The notes under the pieces were generated by a model. The model made no database searches, had not been told where the DNA came from, and saw nothing but the letters and a program-made list of their open reading frames with translations. Positions 48,013 through 58,069 of a stretch of DNA of 64,000 nucleotides are shown one piece after another. The stretch's first letter is position 1, and the number at the start of each line of letters is the position of its first letter. The position numbers were made by a program, and so were the translations under genes. This stretch comes from Candidatus Aldehydirespiratoraceae bacterium. GTDB lineage: Bacteria; Actinomycetota; Acidimicrobiia; Acidimicrobiales; Aldehydirespiratoraceae. The stretch spans positions 1,481,835-1,545,834 of the forward strand of contig CBDFKX010000002.1 of assembly GCA_965249055.1 (NCBI GenBank). The letters are read 5' to 3'.

Positions 48013-48384
48013 ATGGCGACCGTGTTGGTGGTTGACGACGACCCGGGGGTGCGCTTTGCGCTGACGCGGCTTTTGGATGCTTGTGGTGACCATGAGGTAA
48101 TCGAAGCCGACAGCTGCGAAGCAGCGCTGGAGCTAATGGCTTCCCGCAAGCCGGACCTGGTTTTGACAGAGTCCGTGATGCCGACAATGACCGCGATCGA
48201 GTACATAAAGGCGTTGCGCTGGGCCTGCCCTCGCGCCGGGATCGTGGCTTTGTCTGCGGGTGGTATGCACCAAAGCCCAGAGTTCGCTACCGGCCTTGCC
48301 AGCACCGCAGGAGCCGACGAAGTCCTGCGCAAACCTGTCAAAAACGAACCCCTGCTAGCCGCCGTCAACAAAGTCCTCCGCTGA
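48013..48384 (+). CDS. stand-alone receiver domain with Glu at the phospho-acceptor position
   Basis: VLVVDDDPG..., PDLVLTESVMP (expected DLVLLDxxMP), VALSAG, LRKPV. Confidence 0.75.
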   Translation: MATVLVVDDDPGVRFALTRLLDACGDHEVIEADSCEAALELMASRKPDLVLTESVMPTMTAIEYIKALRWACPRAGIVALSAGGMHQSPEFATGLASTAGADEVLRKPVKNEPLLAAVNKVLR

Positions 48385-48731
48385 GCCCCCGGATTGCCTT
48401 CCCGCAAACCGGCTTGCTCCTAACGGAAGGTGCTCCAAGAGGCGAGGTAAGATAGTGCGGATGGACGGATCGACTGGATCTGCTGCTGATGACGCTGCGC
48501 TTCAGAAGCTCCTTGAAGCTTGCCAACTGTACGAGGACTATTTGGCCGTCAGGTCTGTCGCCGAGTCGGCGACGCTTCGTGATCTGGCGACCAAGGCCGT
48601 GTCTGAGGACAGCTACCTAGACCACGCCTCGACTCGCCGACATGAAATATCGGTCCAGAAAGACTCATATGTCCAAGCGCTGAGGTCCGCCACCGCGGAC
48701 ACCGACGGTCTGGTTTCAGGAGATGTGCGAA

Positions 48732-49115
48732 ATGGCTCTTGCTGAGATAGCAGTGGTTGGCTCCCTAGGCTCCACCTCAGAGCCAGCATTGCTAGCTGCG
48801 GTGCACAAAGCACTGGTCACCGGACTCAGTGTGCCAGAAGACGACCCGACCGTCCTTCTCTCTGACGCGTCGACCAAGAACGCATTATTACCAGGGAAGC
48901 TCGCAAGGATGGTTCTTGTCAGGGTAACGATGTTTGTGGGTCGTAGCCCGGCGACGCTTTCCAAGTTGCACGCAATTATCGCTACCGAACTGAACGCTGC
49001 TGGCATCGAATCAGACGAGATCAGAACGGTCTTCATCGAAACCACAGTGTCCAACTGGGGGATAGCTGGACGGCCGCAGAACGTTGCGAGCGTGGGCTTT
49101 CAGATTCACAGATGA
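48732..49115 (+). CDS. tautomerase-superfamily-like protein (Tautomerase_2 type)
   Basis: ...VRVTMFVGRSPATLSKLHAIIATEL...DEIRTVFIETTVSNWG. The N-terminus is MA..., not the catalytic MP.... Confidence 0.35.
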   Translation: MALAEIAVVGSLGSTSEPALLAAVHKALVTGLSVPEDDPTVLLSDASTKNALLPGKLARMVLVRVTMFVGRSPATLSKLHAIIATELNAAGIESDEIRTVFIETTVSNWGIAGRPQNVASVGFQIHR

Positions 49116-49234
49116 GGAGGTGGCCCGGTGGACTCGACATCAGCGCTGACTCATGGACCCGACCGACCCGACCCTTTTGTCGCGTCTCAGGGCGCTCCAA
49201 ACGCTGGCACTCTCGGGACGACCGTTAGAGGGAT

Positions 49235-49465
49235 TTGATGATCCGAACCGTGACGTTCGACTGCTACGGTACGTTGATTGATTGGGACACCGGCGTGTTG
49301 CAGGCGATCGCTGATGCCTGCGCTGAGTCGCGACAATTCGATGACCAGATTGCGCTCAAGTCCTTTGATCGGGCAGAAATCCTTTCCACTTCTAAGCCGT
49401 ACCGCTCTTACAGAGAAGTCCTCGCCGAAGTAGCGCGGGCCACAGGATCCTACGCGTATTTGTGA
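49235..49465 (+). pseudogene. HAD-superfamily (haloacid dehalogenase type II-like) N-terminal fragment
   Basis: VTFDCYGTLIDWDTG (DxYGTL motif I). Only 76 codons; motifs II-IV are absent. Confidence 0.5.
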
Positions 49466-49511
49466 GTTGTTGGTTGGTTTAGGCGATGTCGACGTCGTCG
49501 GGTCCTGCAGA

Positions 49512-50636
49512 TCACAGGTGCGCCCGCGTCCAGAGGTCTAGGTCGGTGGTGAGTTGTAGGGCGTGGAGGGCTTGTTGGGCGTTTTCGAGTAGTGCGGCGC
49601 CGCGTTTGGCGAAGAACTCGTCGGAGTCGGCGACAGCATCGCCGCCGTAGCGTTGGTGTTCGGTGTCTGAGGCACGTTCGAGCATCAGAGGGGTGAGCCA
49701 GTCGTATTTGACCGCTGAGGCGGCCATGGCCAGTTCGACAATTCTTGGATCGCCGTGCCAACCGGCATCACCGAGGCCACCAACGTAAGCATCGAGTGTC
49801 GCTTGGCGAAGCTGGGGTAGCTGATCCGGCTCAACGAAGAAGTCGAACGCTGCGTCTGGAACGAGGTTTCCTATGTCCTCGCCGAGCGCTCCGTCACCGA
49901 CGAAGGCCCAATCCAGCAGAACAAAGCCATCATCAGTCTCGATCAGGTTCTTGGTCCAGAAGTCAAGGTGGCACAGGGTGCGTGGAAGCGACTCGAGCAC
50001 TGAGTAGAGCCGATGACGCTGTGCGTGCAGTTCGGTGGCGGCCGGCCTCAAAGCCGGGGGGAAGTTGTCGGCAACAACGGGTTGATCCCACGCGCGATCG
50101 TCGTCGAGCAACTCCCAGACAACCGGTTTTTCGCTGCTGTAGTCGCGCAAGAAGCCTTGAGACAGCCATTCAACGTCTGGTAGCGCTCCGCTGAGAGCGA
50201 GTTTGCCTTGAGCTGCTCCCAAACGCCGTGCTGCTTCGGCATAGGTGTCAATGTCCCAGTTCTCGGCTGGTGTGCCGTCAACGAATTCCATGGCAACAAC
50301 CGTGTCTTCGTCGGTGATATCGAGACCCACGCAGACCGGTGCCCGTACACCTTCTTCAGCGAAGCACTGGACGACACCGGATTGGTAGGCGAGAGGCTCA
50401 CGAAGCCAGTAATTCCACCGATCAGTGGATTCGCAGTCCTGTGACCAGTGCCGCGTGAACGCCGTGGTACCAACCTCGCGGTGGCGGGCCAGTCGCTTCA
50501 CGACCAGACGGCGATCACCCTTCGTCAATTCCCAGATATCGGCTGTAAGCCAGCGATTGTGCTGGGGCTCCACGACATCCCACGCGTCCGCCTCCAACCC
50601 AACCCGAATCAGGGTTTCGTTCAGCCGCGGATCCAC
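49512..50636 (-). CDS. phosphotransferase (APH/choline-kinase-like) family protein
   Basis: LCHLDFWTKNLI (Brenner motif HxDxxxxN), LLDWAFVGDGALGEDIG. Confidence 0.7.
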   Translation of the reverse strand: MDPRLNETLIRVGLEADAWDVVEPQHNRWLTADIWELTKGDRRLVVKRLARHREVGTTAFTRHWSQDCESTDRWNYWLREPLAYQSGVVQCFAEEGVRAPVCVGLDITDEDTVVAMEFVDGTPAENWDIDTYAEAARRLGAAQGKLALSGALPDVEWLSQGFLRDYSSEKPVVWELLDDDRAWDQPVVADNFPPALRPAATELHAQRHRLYSVLESLPRTLCHLDFWTKNLIETDDGFVLLDWAFVGDGALGEDIGNLVPDAAFDFFVEPDQLPQLRQATLDAYVGGLGDAGWHGDPRIVELAMAASAVKYDWLTPLMLERASDTEHQRYGGDAVADSDEFFAKRGAALLENAQQALHALQLTTDLDLWTRAHL

Positions 50637-50695
50637 CCTTTAACCCTAGAAGCACCTGCAATCGCAGAGAGCGGATAGCGACGCGGGCGGGATGG

Positions 50696-51358
50696 CTAGG
50701 GGCTAGGTGTGGAGTTGGAGTCGGGAGGATGGGTGACTTTAAGGGACAAGAAGCGGAGTGGGAGCTCGATCAGCGCGGTGGGACCGTGTGTCACCTCACC
50801 CCGAAATTGCATGGAGTCGCCTGCGGTGAGCACGTACCGCTTGGTGCCGTAGCCGTACTCGACGCAGCCCTCAAGGATGTATATGAACTCCACGCCACCG
50901 TGTTGGAACAGCGGGAAAACCTCGTTGGGTTCGGTGATTGTGACGTACAGCGATTCGATCTCACGGGTTGGACCTCGCAGCGATCCGAGATCGTGATACA
51001 CCCTGCCGGGTCCAGCACCTTCGTGAATGATCTCCATCCCTTGTCCAGCGGGGACGATCACTGCATCGCGTTCTTCGTCCAGCCCTCGAAAAAAGGCTGT
51101 AAAGGGAACCTCGGCCGCGTCAGCCAAGCTGATGAGTGTGCTGAAACTTGGTGAGGTCTGCCCATGCTCGACTTTGGAGAGCATCCCGATTGATAGTCCC
51201 GCGGCGTCTGCGAATTGCTCCATGGTCAAGCCCATGCCCACCCGGAGTTCGCGCACTCGCCGACCAACGCTCTCGCACACCTCATCGGTTGTCAGTCGGC
51301 CTGTTCGGCTGTCGCTGACGGTCCGCGGCGCTTCTGGGTCGCTTCCTTCAGGTGGCAT
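50696..51358 (-). CDS. XRE-family HTH regulator with a C-terminal cupin domain
   Basis: VGRRVRELRVGMGLTMEQFADAAGLSIGMLSKVEHG, followed by a cupin region (FIYILEGCVEY...GDSMQF). Lies 17 nt downstream of the gmaS-like gene. Confidence 0.75.
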   Translation of the reverse strand: MPPEGSDPEAPRTVSDSRTGRLTTDEVCESVGRRVRELRVGMGLTMEQFADAAGLSIGMLSKVEHGQTSPSFSTLISLADAAEVPFTAFFRGLDEERDAVIVPAGQGMEIIHEGAGPGRVYHDLGSLRGPTREIESLYVTITEPNEVFPLFQHGGVEFIYILEGCVEYGYGTKRYVLTAGDSMQFRGEVTHGPTALIELPLRFLSLKVTHPPDSNSTPSP

Positions 51359-51375
51359 GTTGGTGGCGTCGATTC

Positions 51376-52731
51376 TCAGAACAGAGTGAGGTACTGGTCG
51401 ATCTCAGATTGGGTGACCTGGTGATGGTGGGCCATGAACTCAGCTTTTTTGGTCTTTACAAAATAGTCCCGATAGGAGCCGTCGGGGGTCATCCCGAGTC
51501 CTTTCTCAAGGACATCGCAGGTGGCCAGGTTTTCTGCTGCATGCAGCAGAGTAGGCGGCAACGTGACGATCCCTCGGTCTGCGATCTCTTCAGCGGAGAG
51601 CTTGAACAAGTTGTCCTCATTCGGTTGACCGGGGTCGACTCCTCGGTCAATACCGTCGAGTCCGCAAGCAAGCATCGCCGCGAACATCAGGTATGGGTTC
51701 GCTGCTCCATCGGCGAGACGGAGTTCCAACCGGTCTGGCTCGGGTATGCGGATCATCTGGGTGCGGTTGTTGCCCCCATACGCCGCGTAAGCCGGTGCCC
51801 ATGTCGCCCCCGATGTTGGGGCACCCACCCCCATTCGCTTGTAGGAGTTGACGATGGGGCAGAGGATTGCGACAAGCGACGGGGCATGTTCGATCAACCC
51901 GGCCGCGAACTGATAGGCCAAGTCGCTCAATCCCAAGCCTTTGGAGTCGTCGTCGCCTCCAACGAAGAGCGGTTCGTTGTCGAGCGACCAAAGGCTTGAA
52001 TGAGCATGGAGCCCGTTGCCGGTCTTGTCGGCGAAGGGTTTGGGCATGAACGTCGCATAGCGGCCATCGCGGGTGGCCATTGTGTGGATCATCAACCGGA
52101 ACAGCACCAGCCGATCAGCGGTTGTGAGGGCATCGGCATACTGCCAGTTCTGTTCGAACTGGCCGTTGGCGTCCTCATGGTCGTTGGCGTAGTTGCCCCA
52201 TCCCATGGCGTTGAGATTGCGTGAGACTTCGGTGAGGTGGGGCAGCATGCGGGTGAGGCCCTTGGCGTCATAACAGGGTTGTTCGTCCACGTCACGCTCG
52301 TCTGCGACCACGATTGACCCGTCGGGGTTCCTGTTGACCAGGGAATACTCGGCTTCGACACCCGCGTTGAACACCAAACCACGCGACGTGAGATCGTCGA
52401 GCGCTTGGCGCAGGATCACGCGTGGTGCATAGGGCCAGAGTTCGCCTTCAACGGTTGGGTCGCATTGCAAGGCGGCGACATTGGGTTGCCATGGCAACTG
52501 GGTGTAGGAAGCGGGATCGGGAATGGCCAAGATGTCGGGGCTAGACGGGTCCTGGCCAATGGGACCCGCGGCAAAACCTGCGAATCCGGCACCTTCGTTC
52601 ATTACGGTCTCGAGCGCTTCAACCGGAACTAGCTTGGCGCACGGTTTGCCGTGCATCTCCACAAACATTGCGTAGATGAACTCGACACCATCGTTTTCGA
52701 CCCGTGCTTTGATTTCTTCGTATGCGCCCAT
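51376..52731 (-). CDS. gmaS: glutamine-synthetase-family ligase, gamma-glutamylmethylamide synthetase-like
   Basis: GS beta-grasp and catalytic motifs (FMPKPF.DKTGNGLHAHSSLW, NRTQMIRIP). GAAGGAG lies upstream of ATG 52731. Divergent from the mgsABC-like genes. The symbol is assigned from context only. Confidence 0.65.
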   Translation of the reverse strand: MGAYEEIKARVENDGVEFIYAMFVEMHGKPCAKLVPVEALETVMNEGAGFAGFAAGPIGQDPSSPDILAIPDPASYTQLPWQPNVAALQCDPTVEGELWPYAPRVILRQALDDLTSRGLVFNAGVEAEYSLVNRNPDGSIVVADERDVDEQPCYDAKGLTRMLPHLTEVSRNLNAMGWGNYANDHEDANGQFEQNWQYADALTTADRLVLFRLMIHTMATRDGRYATFMPKPFADKTGNGLHAHSSLWSLDNEPLFVGGDDDSKGLGLSDLAYQFAAGLIEHAPSLVAILCPIVNSYKRMGVGAPTSGATWAPAYAAYGGNNRTQMIRIPEPDRLELRLADGAANPYLMFAAMLACGLDGIDRGVDPGQPNEDNLFKLSAEEIADRGIVTLPPTLLHAAENLATCDVLEKGLGMTPDGSYRDYFVKTKKAEFMAHHHQVTQSEIDQYLTLF

Positions 52732-52907
52732 CGACAACTCCTTCGTCTGAACTGAACCTGTGCGCGATTCACCTGAGGAAACCTCTACTGTAGGTGAAAT
52801 ATCTTCACCGTTGTCAAGAGATGCGGCTAAGGTTTGCGAACCTGCCCGAGGCAGACCGCCGAGCTTAAACCGCCCGAAGAAAATTCTTGGAGGAGTCGAA
52901 CTCAAGC

Positions 52908-53807
52908 ATGTGTGGGATTGTCGGTTTGTTCTTAAAAACTGCCACTTACCGCGACGAACTGGGAAGGCTCACCGCGGTCATGCTGCATGAAATGCGTGAA
53001 CGAGGCCCCGACAGCGCCGGATTCGCCGTCTACGACCAGGGTGACAGCGAACGAACGAGGATCACTGTGCTGGTGACCGACGAATCGGTCAACCGTCGCC
53101 AGACAGCCGACGCTTTAGAAGCCGAGCTCGGAGCCGAAGTCACTCTGCGGGAAATCCATGACCACGCCGTGTTCGAAACAACCGGAGATGGTCGTGTTGC
53201 GCGCCAATGGCTCATCGACAACGTAGCTGGAGTCGATGTATTGAGCTATGGCCAACAGATCGAGCTCTACAAGTCGGTCGGAGATCCCGATCTGGTTGCT
53301 ATCCGCTACGACCTTGCGTCACGCCGCGGTACACACGCCATCGCGCACACTCGCATGGCTACTGAGTCCGCCGTCACCACCAACGGATCGCACCCGTTCG
53401 TAACCGGGGCGGACACATGCTTGGTCCACAACGGCTCACTGTCTAATCACAACCAGCTTCGGGAACGGTTAGTCCAGCGAGGCGAGTCTTTCCAGACCGA
53501 GAACGATTCCGAAGTTGCTGCCGGCTATCTCTCCTGGAAATTGCGTACCGGCGACACCATCGACGGTGCCCTATCCAGCGCACTGAGCGACCTCGACGGC
53601 TTCTACACCTTCGCCATCGGCGTCAAGAACGGTTTTGCCATCCTGCGAGACCCGATTGCATGCAAGCCGGCCGTCGTGGCGGAAACCGATGATTGGGTAG
53701 CGATGTCGTCGGAGTATCGAGCAATCGCTCAACTCCCCGACGTAAGCCATGCAGAAATATTTGAACCCGAGCCGACCCGTGTCTACTCGTGGAGTTTGGC
53801 CTCATGA
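52908..53807 (+). CDS. class II glutamine amidotransferase-like subunit (MgsA/GlxB-like)
   Basis: MCGIVG N-terminal nucleophile, HTRMATES, HNGSLSNH. Confidence 0.75.
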   Translation: MCGIVGLFLKTATYRDELGRLTAVMLHEMRERGPDSAGFAVYDQGDSERTRITVLVTDESVNRRQTADALEAELGAEVTLREIHDHAVFETTGDGRVARQWLIDNVAGVDVLSYGQQIELYKSVGDPDLVAIRYDLASRRGTHAIAHTRMATESAVTTNGSHPFVTGADTCLVHNGSLSNHNQLRERLVQRGESFQTENDSEVAAGYLSWKLRTGDTIDGALSSALSDLDGFYTFAIGVKNGFAILRDPIACKPAVVAETDDWVAMSSEYRAIAQLPDVSHAEIFEPEPTRVYSWSLAS

Positions 53808-54499
53808 CCGTTTCGATCGACCTGTCCCAGGTACCACTACGTGAACTGAACAAACGCCTGCACGAAACCGATGAGGGACACTTCGTTGTGCGCAATCCAC
53901 GCGGGGCCCATGCCTTGGCGGTAGGAATCACATCGGCGGTCACCGTCGACGTGGATGGATCAGTCGGTTACTTCTGTGCGGGGATGAACATGATGGGCAC
54001 GGTGCGTGTCGACGGCAACGCCAGCACCGGACTCGCTGAGAACATCATGTCGGGGATGGTACGGATAACCGGTAACGCCACGATGTCGGCGGGCGCTACG
54101 GGTCATGGCGGTTTGGTGGTCATTGAAGGCAACGCTGGGGCTCGCTGCGGTATTTCCATGAAAGGCGTCGACATTGTGGTCGGTGGCCATGTCGGGCATA
54201 TGAGCGCATTCATGGCCCAAGCCGGCAACCTCGTCGTGCTCGGCGACGCCGACCACGACCTTGGCGATTCGATATATGAAGCTGAGGTGTTTGTGCGGGG
54301 CAAAGTCGCATCGTTGGGATCTGATTGCGTGGAAAAAGAAATGACCCCGCAACACCTGGACACGCTCAGCCGCCTGCTCACAGCCGCAGAAATGTCTGCC
54401 GAACCAAGCGACTTTCGTCTCTACGGATCAGCCCGAGAGCTCTACAACTTCCATGTTGACGACGTTGATGCGGCCGCTGCGGCGAAAGGACGGCCATGA
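53804..54499 (+). CDS. GXGXG-motif protein (MgsB/GlxC-like, GltB C-terminal-domain-like)
   Basis: Repeated beta-helix pattern (VDGSVGYFCAGMN..., VRITGNA..., VVIEGNAGARCG...). ATGA overlap with the upstream gene. Confidence 0.75.
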   Translation: MTVSIDLSQVPLRELNKRLHETDEGHFVVRNPRGAHALAVGITSAVTVDVDGSVGYFCAGMNMMGTVRVDGNASTGLAENIMSGMVRITGNATMSAGATGHGGLVVIEGNAGARCGISMKGVDIVVGGHVGHMSAFMAQAGNLVVLGDADHDLGDSIYEAEVFVRGKVASLGSDCVEKEMTPQHLDTLSRLLTAAEMSAEPSDFRLYGSARELYNFHVDDVDAAAAAKGRP

Positions 54500-55812
54500 A
54501 CCAACAGAGATGGCACCACCGAGAGTCCTACACGTTCGACCGCAATGTGATCGCGGAGATCCGGCGGGCGGCCAATACCGGGATCTACCGGATTCGAGGT
54601 TGGGGAGCCAAGCGGGAACTGCCCACCTTCGATGATCTCGTGTTCCTCGGTGCTTCGATGTCGCGCTACCCGTTGGAGGGTTACCGCGAGGCGTGTGCCA
54701 CGGATCTTGTGATTGGTGAGGCGCGTGCCGAGCGACCCGTTCGTCTCGCCATTCCGATCACCATCGCAGGGATGAGTTTCGGGTCGTTGTCGGCGCAGGC
54801 AAAAGAAGCTCTCGGTCGGGGTGCTACCGCGGCTGGTACCTCTACGACCACCGGGGACGGCGGTATGACGGCTGAGGAGCGCGGACACTCCAAGACGCTT
54901 GTTTACCAGTACTTGCCGTCGCGTTACGGGATGAACCCAGATGATCTGCGCCGCGCTGACGCTATTGAGGTAGTTGTTGGGCAAGGTGCCAAACCAGGTG
55001 GCGGCGGGATGCTGCTAGGGCAGAAGATCAATGAACGCGTGGCGGAGATGCGTACGCTCCCCGAGGGGATCGATCAGCGGTCAGCGTGTCGTCATCCCGA
55101 CTGGACTGGTCCTGACGACCTGATGATCAAGATCATCGAACTGCGCGAGATCGTCGATTGGCAGGTTCCGATCTATGTCAAGGTTGGGGCCGCTCGCCCG
55201 TACTACGACACCTGCTTGGCGATCAAGGCGGGTGCCGACGCGATAGTTGTCGACGGGATGCAGGGGGGCACAGCAGCCACCCAAGATGTCTTTATCGAAC
55301 ATGTCGGTATCCCCACGATCGCTGCTGTTCCGGAGTCGGTGCGCGCGCTCAAGGAACTCGGTGTCCATCGTGAGGTGAAACTGATCGCTGCTGGCGGGAT
55401 TCGTTCGGGTGCCGATGTGGCTAAGGCAATAGCGTTGGGGGCCGACGCGGTTTCGCTCGGCACTGCCGCACTGATCGCCATCGGAGACAACGATCCCGCG
55501 CTTGACGAGCAGTATCGGGAATTGGGTTCGGCGGCCGGTTTTTGGGAAGACTTTCAAGCAGGAAACGACCCGGCGGGGATTACCACGCAGGAACCTGAGT
55601 TGGCGAGCCGCCTTGATCCAGAACTGGCCGGTCGGCGCTTGGCCAACTATTTGCAGGTTTTGACCCTTGAGCTTCAGACGCTGGCTCGGGCCAACGGAAA
55701 GTCCCATGTCCACAACCTTGAGCCTGAGGATCTGGCTGCTCTCACCGTGGAGGCAGCAGCCATGGCCAGGGTGCCGCTCGCGGGCACGGAATGGATTCCC
55801 GGTAGTTCTTGA
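54496..55812 (+). CDS. FMN-binding glutamate-synthase-family protein (MgsC/GlxD-like)
   Basis: ISAMSFGSLS-type segment (IAGMSFGSLSAQAKEAL), QGAKPGGGG, VDGMQGGTAA, AAGGIRSGADVAKAIALGADAV. Confidence 0.8.
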   Translation: MNQQRWHHRESYTFDRNVIAEIRRAANTGIYRIRGWGAKRELPTFDDLVFLGASMSRYPLEGYREACATDLVIGEARAERPVRLAIPITIAGMSFGSLSAQAKEALGRGATAAGTSTTTGDGGMTAEERGHSKTLVYQYLPSRYGMNPDDLRRADAIEVVVGQGAKPGGGGMLLGQKINERVAEMRTLPEGIDQRSACRHPDWTGPDDLMIKIIELREIVDWQVPIYVKVGAARPYYDTCLAIKAGADAIVVDGMQGGTAATQDVFIEHVGIPTIAAVPESVRALKELGVHREVKLIAAGGIRSGADVAKAIALGADAVSLGTAALIAIGDNDPALDEQYRELGSAAGFWEDFQAGNDPAGITTQEPELASRLDPELAGRRLANYLQVLTLELQTLARANGKSHVHNLEPEDLAALTVEAAAMARVPLAGTEWIPGSS

Positions 55813-55887
55813 CGGAGGCGCGGCCCATGTGTCAGCGTGTCAATGTCTTGAATCTTGGAGCAGTAAATTTCGTGGGAGGGAAACCTA

Positions 55888-56061
55888 ATGCCATCCAGTC
55901 TGCAGTCGACAGGGATGCTTCTAGTTGTCGCCTTGGTTTTTGGCTTGACACTCGCCGTTGTGGGAGAGTCTGGCCCTGCGGGTGCTGATTCCTTCCCGGG
56001 AGGCAACGGAAAACAGGCAGTCGGCAAGCTCTACTGGTGGTTGCGACAGAGTGCAGTGTAG
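55888..56061 (+). pseudogene. 5' fragment of a secreted-protein gene truncated by IS30
   Basis: Untracked 57-codon ORF with a signal peptide: MPSSLQSTGMLLVVALVFGLTLAVVGESGPAGADSFPGGNGK... It runs into the IS30 inverted repeat at 56036. Confidence 0.3.
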
Positions 56062-57056
56062 GTGTGTTGGGCTGAGTTCCAGTTGTGGAGTTTGCGGGGC
56101 ATGTGGTTGAGGTTGTCTTGGATCAACGCGAGTTGTATGGGGTTGAGGTTGAGGTTGGTGCTTTTGGGGAGCCGGCGTCGTAGCAGTCCGTTGGTTTGTT
56201 CGTTGCTGGGGCGTTGCCACGGGGATCGTGCTTGGCAGAAGAACACTTCGATGTTGCAGTTGTGTTCGATGTCGGCCCAGCGTGCCATTTCGCTGCCTTG
56301 GTCCCAGGTGAGGGTTTTGGCCATCTCAGCGGGTTGACGACCAAACGCTGCGGTGACGGCTCGGGTCACGTTGTCGGCGCTGTAACCGTGCGGCAGCGGC
56401 ACCACCAAAGTGAGCCGGCTGACGCGTTCTACGAGCGTGGCGATCGCGCTGGCGTTGTTGGCGCCGATCATCAAGTCGCCTTCCCAGTGTCCTGGTTCGC
56501 TGCGGTCGTCTGCTTGCTGGGGGCGTTGCGTCAGGGGCCGGTACGGGCCTAAAGCGCTGCGTTTGGCGGTTTCGCAACGGCTGCGGGGTTTACGCCTGCG
56601 CCGACCGCGGGGCAGGCTCTGCCACGAACCCGCTTTGAGTCCGCTGGTGTTGTTGTTGTTGGCGTAACAGGCCCGATAGATCGTCTCGGCGGACACCGCC
56701 ATCCCTCTAGTGTGCAGGTCCGCAGAGATCGCATGCGGCGATCAACGCAGTTTCAACCCCTTAGCGACCTCACCAGCCAAAACCGCGTCACCAGCGAGTT
56801 TGTGAACCTTCGGTCGAGCCGCGTCGACACCCGTGCGGCGATGAGCGCGACCAGCCCGATAACCATCACGCCCGCCGCCACGGCCAAGCTCGCGATACAC
56901 CGTGGACCGGCAACGACCCAACCGATCCGCCATCTCCGCCACGCTCAACCCCGCCTCAGACATCACCTCGATCCGTGTCCGCTCATCGAAACACAAACGC
57001 TGTGCCATACTGAAAACCTCCATCGGTTCGGTTGCTGACTCTTCACCGACCATCAT
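56031..57056 (-). pseudogene. IS30-family transposase with an in-frame TGA (56742-56744)
   Basis: Both track ORFs (56742..57056 and 56031..56702) share a frame. Reading ...GLKLR-TGA-SPHAISADLH..., Trp (RWSP) is expected at the stop. The DDE region (HWEGDLMIG...TWDQGSEM...NEQTNGLLRR) is intact. Confidence 0.8.
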
Positions 57057-57077
57057 GGCCGATCTGTCGCAACCACC
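56036..57077 (-). mobile_element. IS30-family insertion sequence (about 1042 bp)
   Basis: Perfect 15-bp terminal inverted repeats: GGTGGTTGCGACAGA at 56036-56050 and its complement at 57063-57077. No clear target duplication was seen. Confidence 0.75.
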
Positions 57078-58069
57078 GATGGAGGTCGCCGTCCTCGAAA
57101 ATCGGGTTTTCTGAATTTGGCACGCACAGGGTCCGTCGGTGGGGTGGTGGGGTCTTGTCGGCGTTCGGGCGGGTGGTCCGGTTGGTGTGGCACAAGCAAC
57201 GTTGGCCTTGCCCAGCAGCCGGGTTCAACAGGGTGAGTAGGGTCCACTTGTTCGCGAGTATTCGGATGCGGTTGACGCTTCAGTCTGCTGTCACCGTCGG
57301 TTCCGTACGGCGCCGATTACCGGCTCTACGCGTATTAGCGGGGAGTGATGGTGTTTGGGGAAGTCCTCAGTTGAGCTTCTATGTCAACCGGGGGCAGGGT
57401 TGTTGTTTTAGGTCGTCTTGGAGGGATTTCCAGACACGGTCTTAGATGCGCCGTTTGAGGTATCGGATGGCTTCTCGTTTGTTTTTGCCGCGGTCAAGGC
57501 AGCGTTGGTAGCAAGCGCGGCCTTCGGAGCCGGGTCGGCTGATTTGGGTGATGGCGGCGGTATGGATGGCGCGGTTGAGTTGGCGGTTGCCTCCTCGGTT
57601 GAGTCTGCGGCGCACGACGCGCCCTGAACTGGCTTCGATTGGGGCGGTGCCGTTGGCCATGGCGAAGCGGTCTTTGGTCGCGAAGCGGGCTGGTTCGCCG
57701 ATCTCGGCGAGGATCTCTGCTGCGGTCAGCGCGCCGATGCCGTAAATGTCGTTGAGGCTGGTGGGTGTCGCTGAACGTCGAGGCGATACGTTGGGCCAGC
57801 GCGTCGATCTTGCGGCCGAGGCGGCGTATGTTGCGGATTCGGATGCGGATGCGGGTGATTTCGGCGGATGCGCTGTCGTTGCCCCGCAGAAACCTGCTCG
57901 CGGCGTCGAGACCGGCACCGCTGGTGAGTGGCCCGGCACGGTGTGATATCCGCAGCGGATCTTCTCCAGGGTGCTGTGAGCCGGTTGAGGGCCACGGTGC
58001 GGTCCTTGACGAGTTCGCGGCGGTAGCGGACCAGCGCGGCGAGGACGTCACAAGCGCCGACGAAGCGGA

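Noticed and set aside
56742-56744. In-frame TGA in the IS30 transposase, considered as selenocysteine.
   Set aside because: It aligns with the conserved Trp of the RWSP motif. I saw no downstream hairpin, and the element is otherwise a typical IS30. A TGG-to-TGA nonsense mutation is the simplest reading.
57835-57860. Tandem GGATTC/GGATGC hexamers (encoding IRIRIR), considered as a repeat element.
   Set aside because: There are only three units, and they lie inside the decayed IS110-family transposase coding region. No wider periodicity is present.
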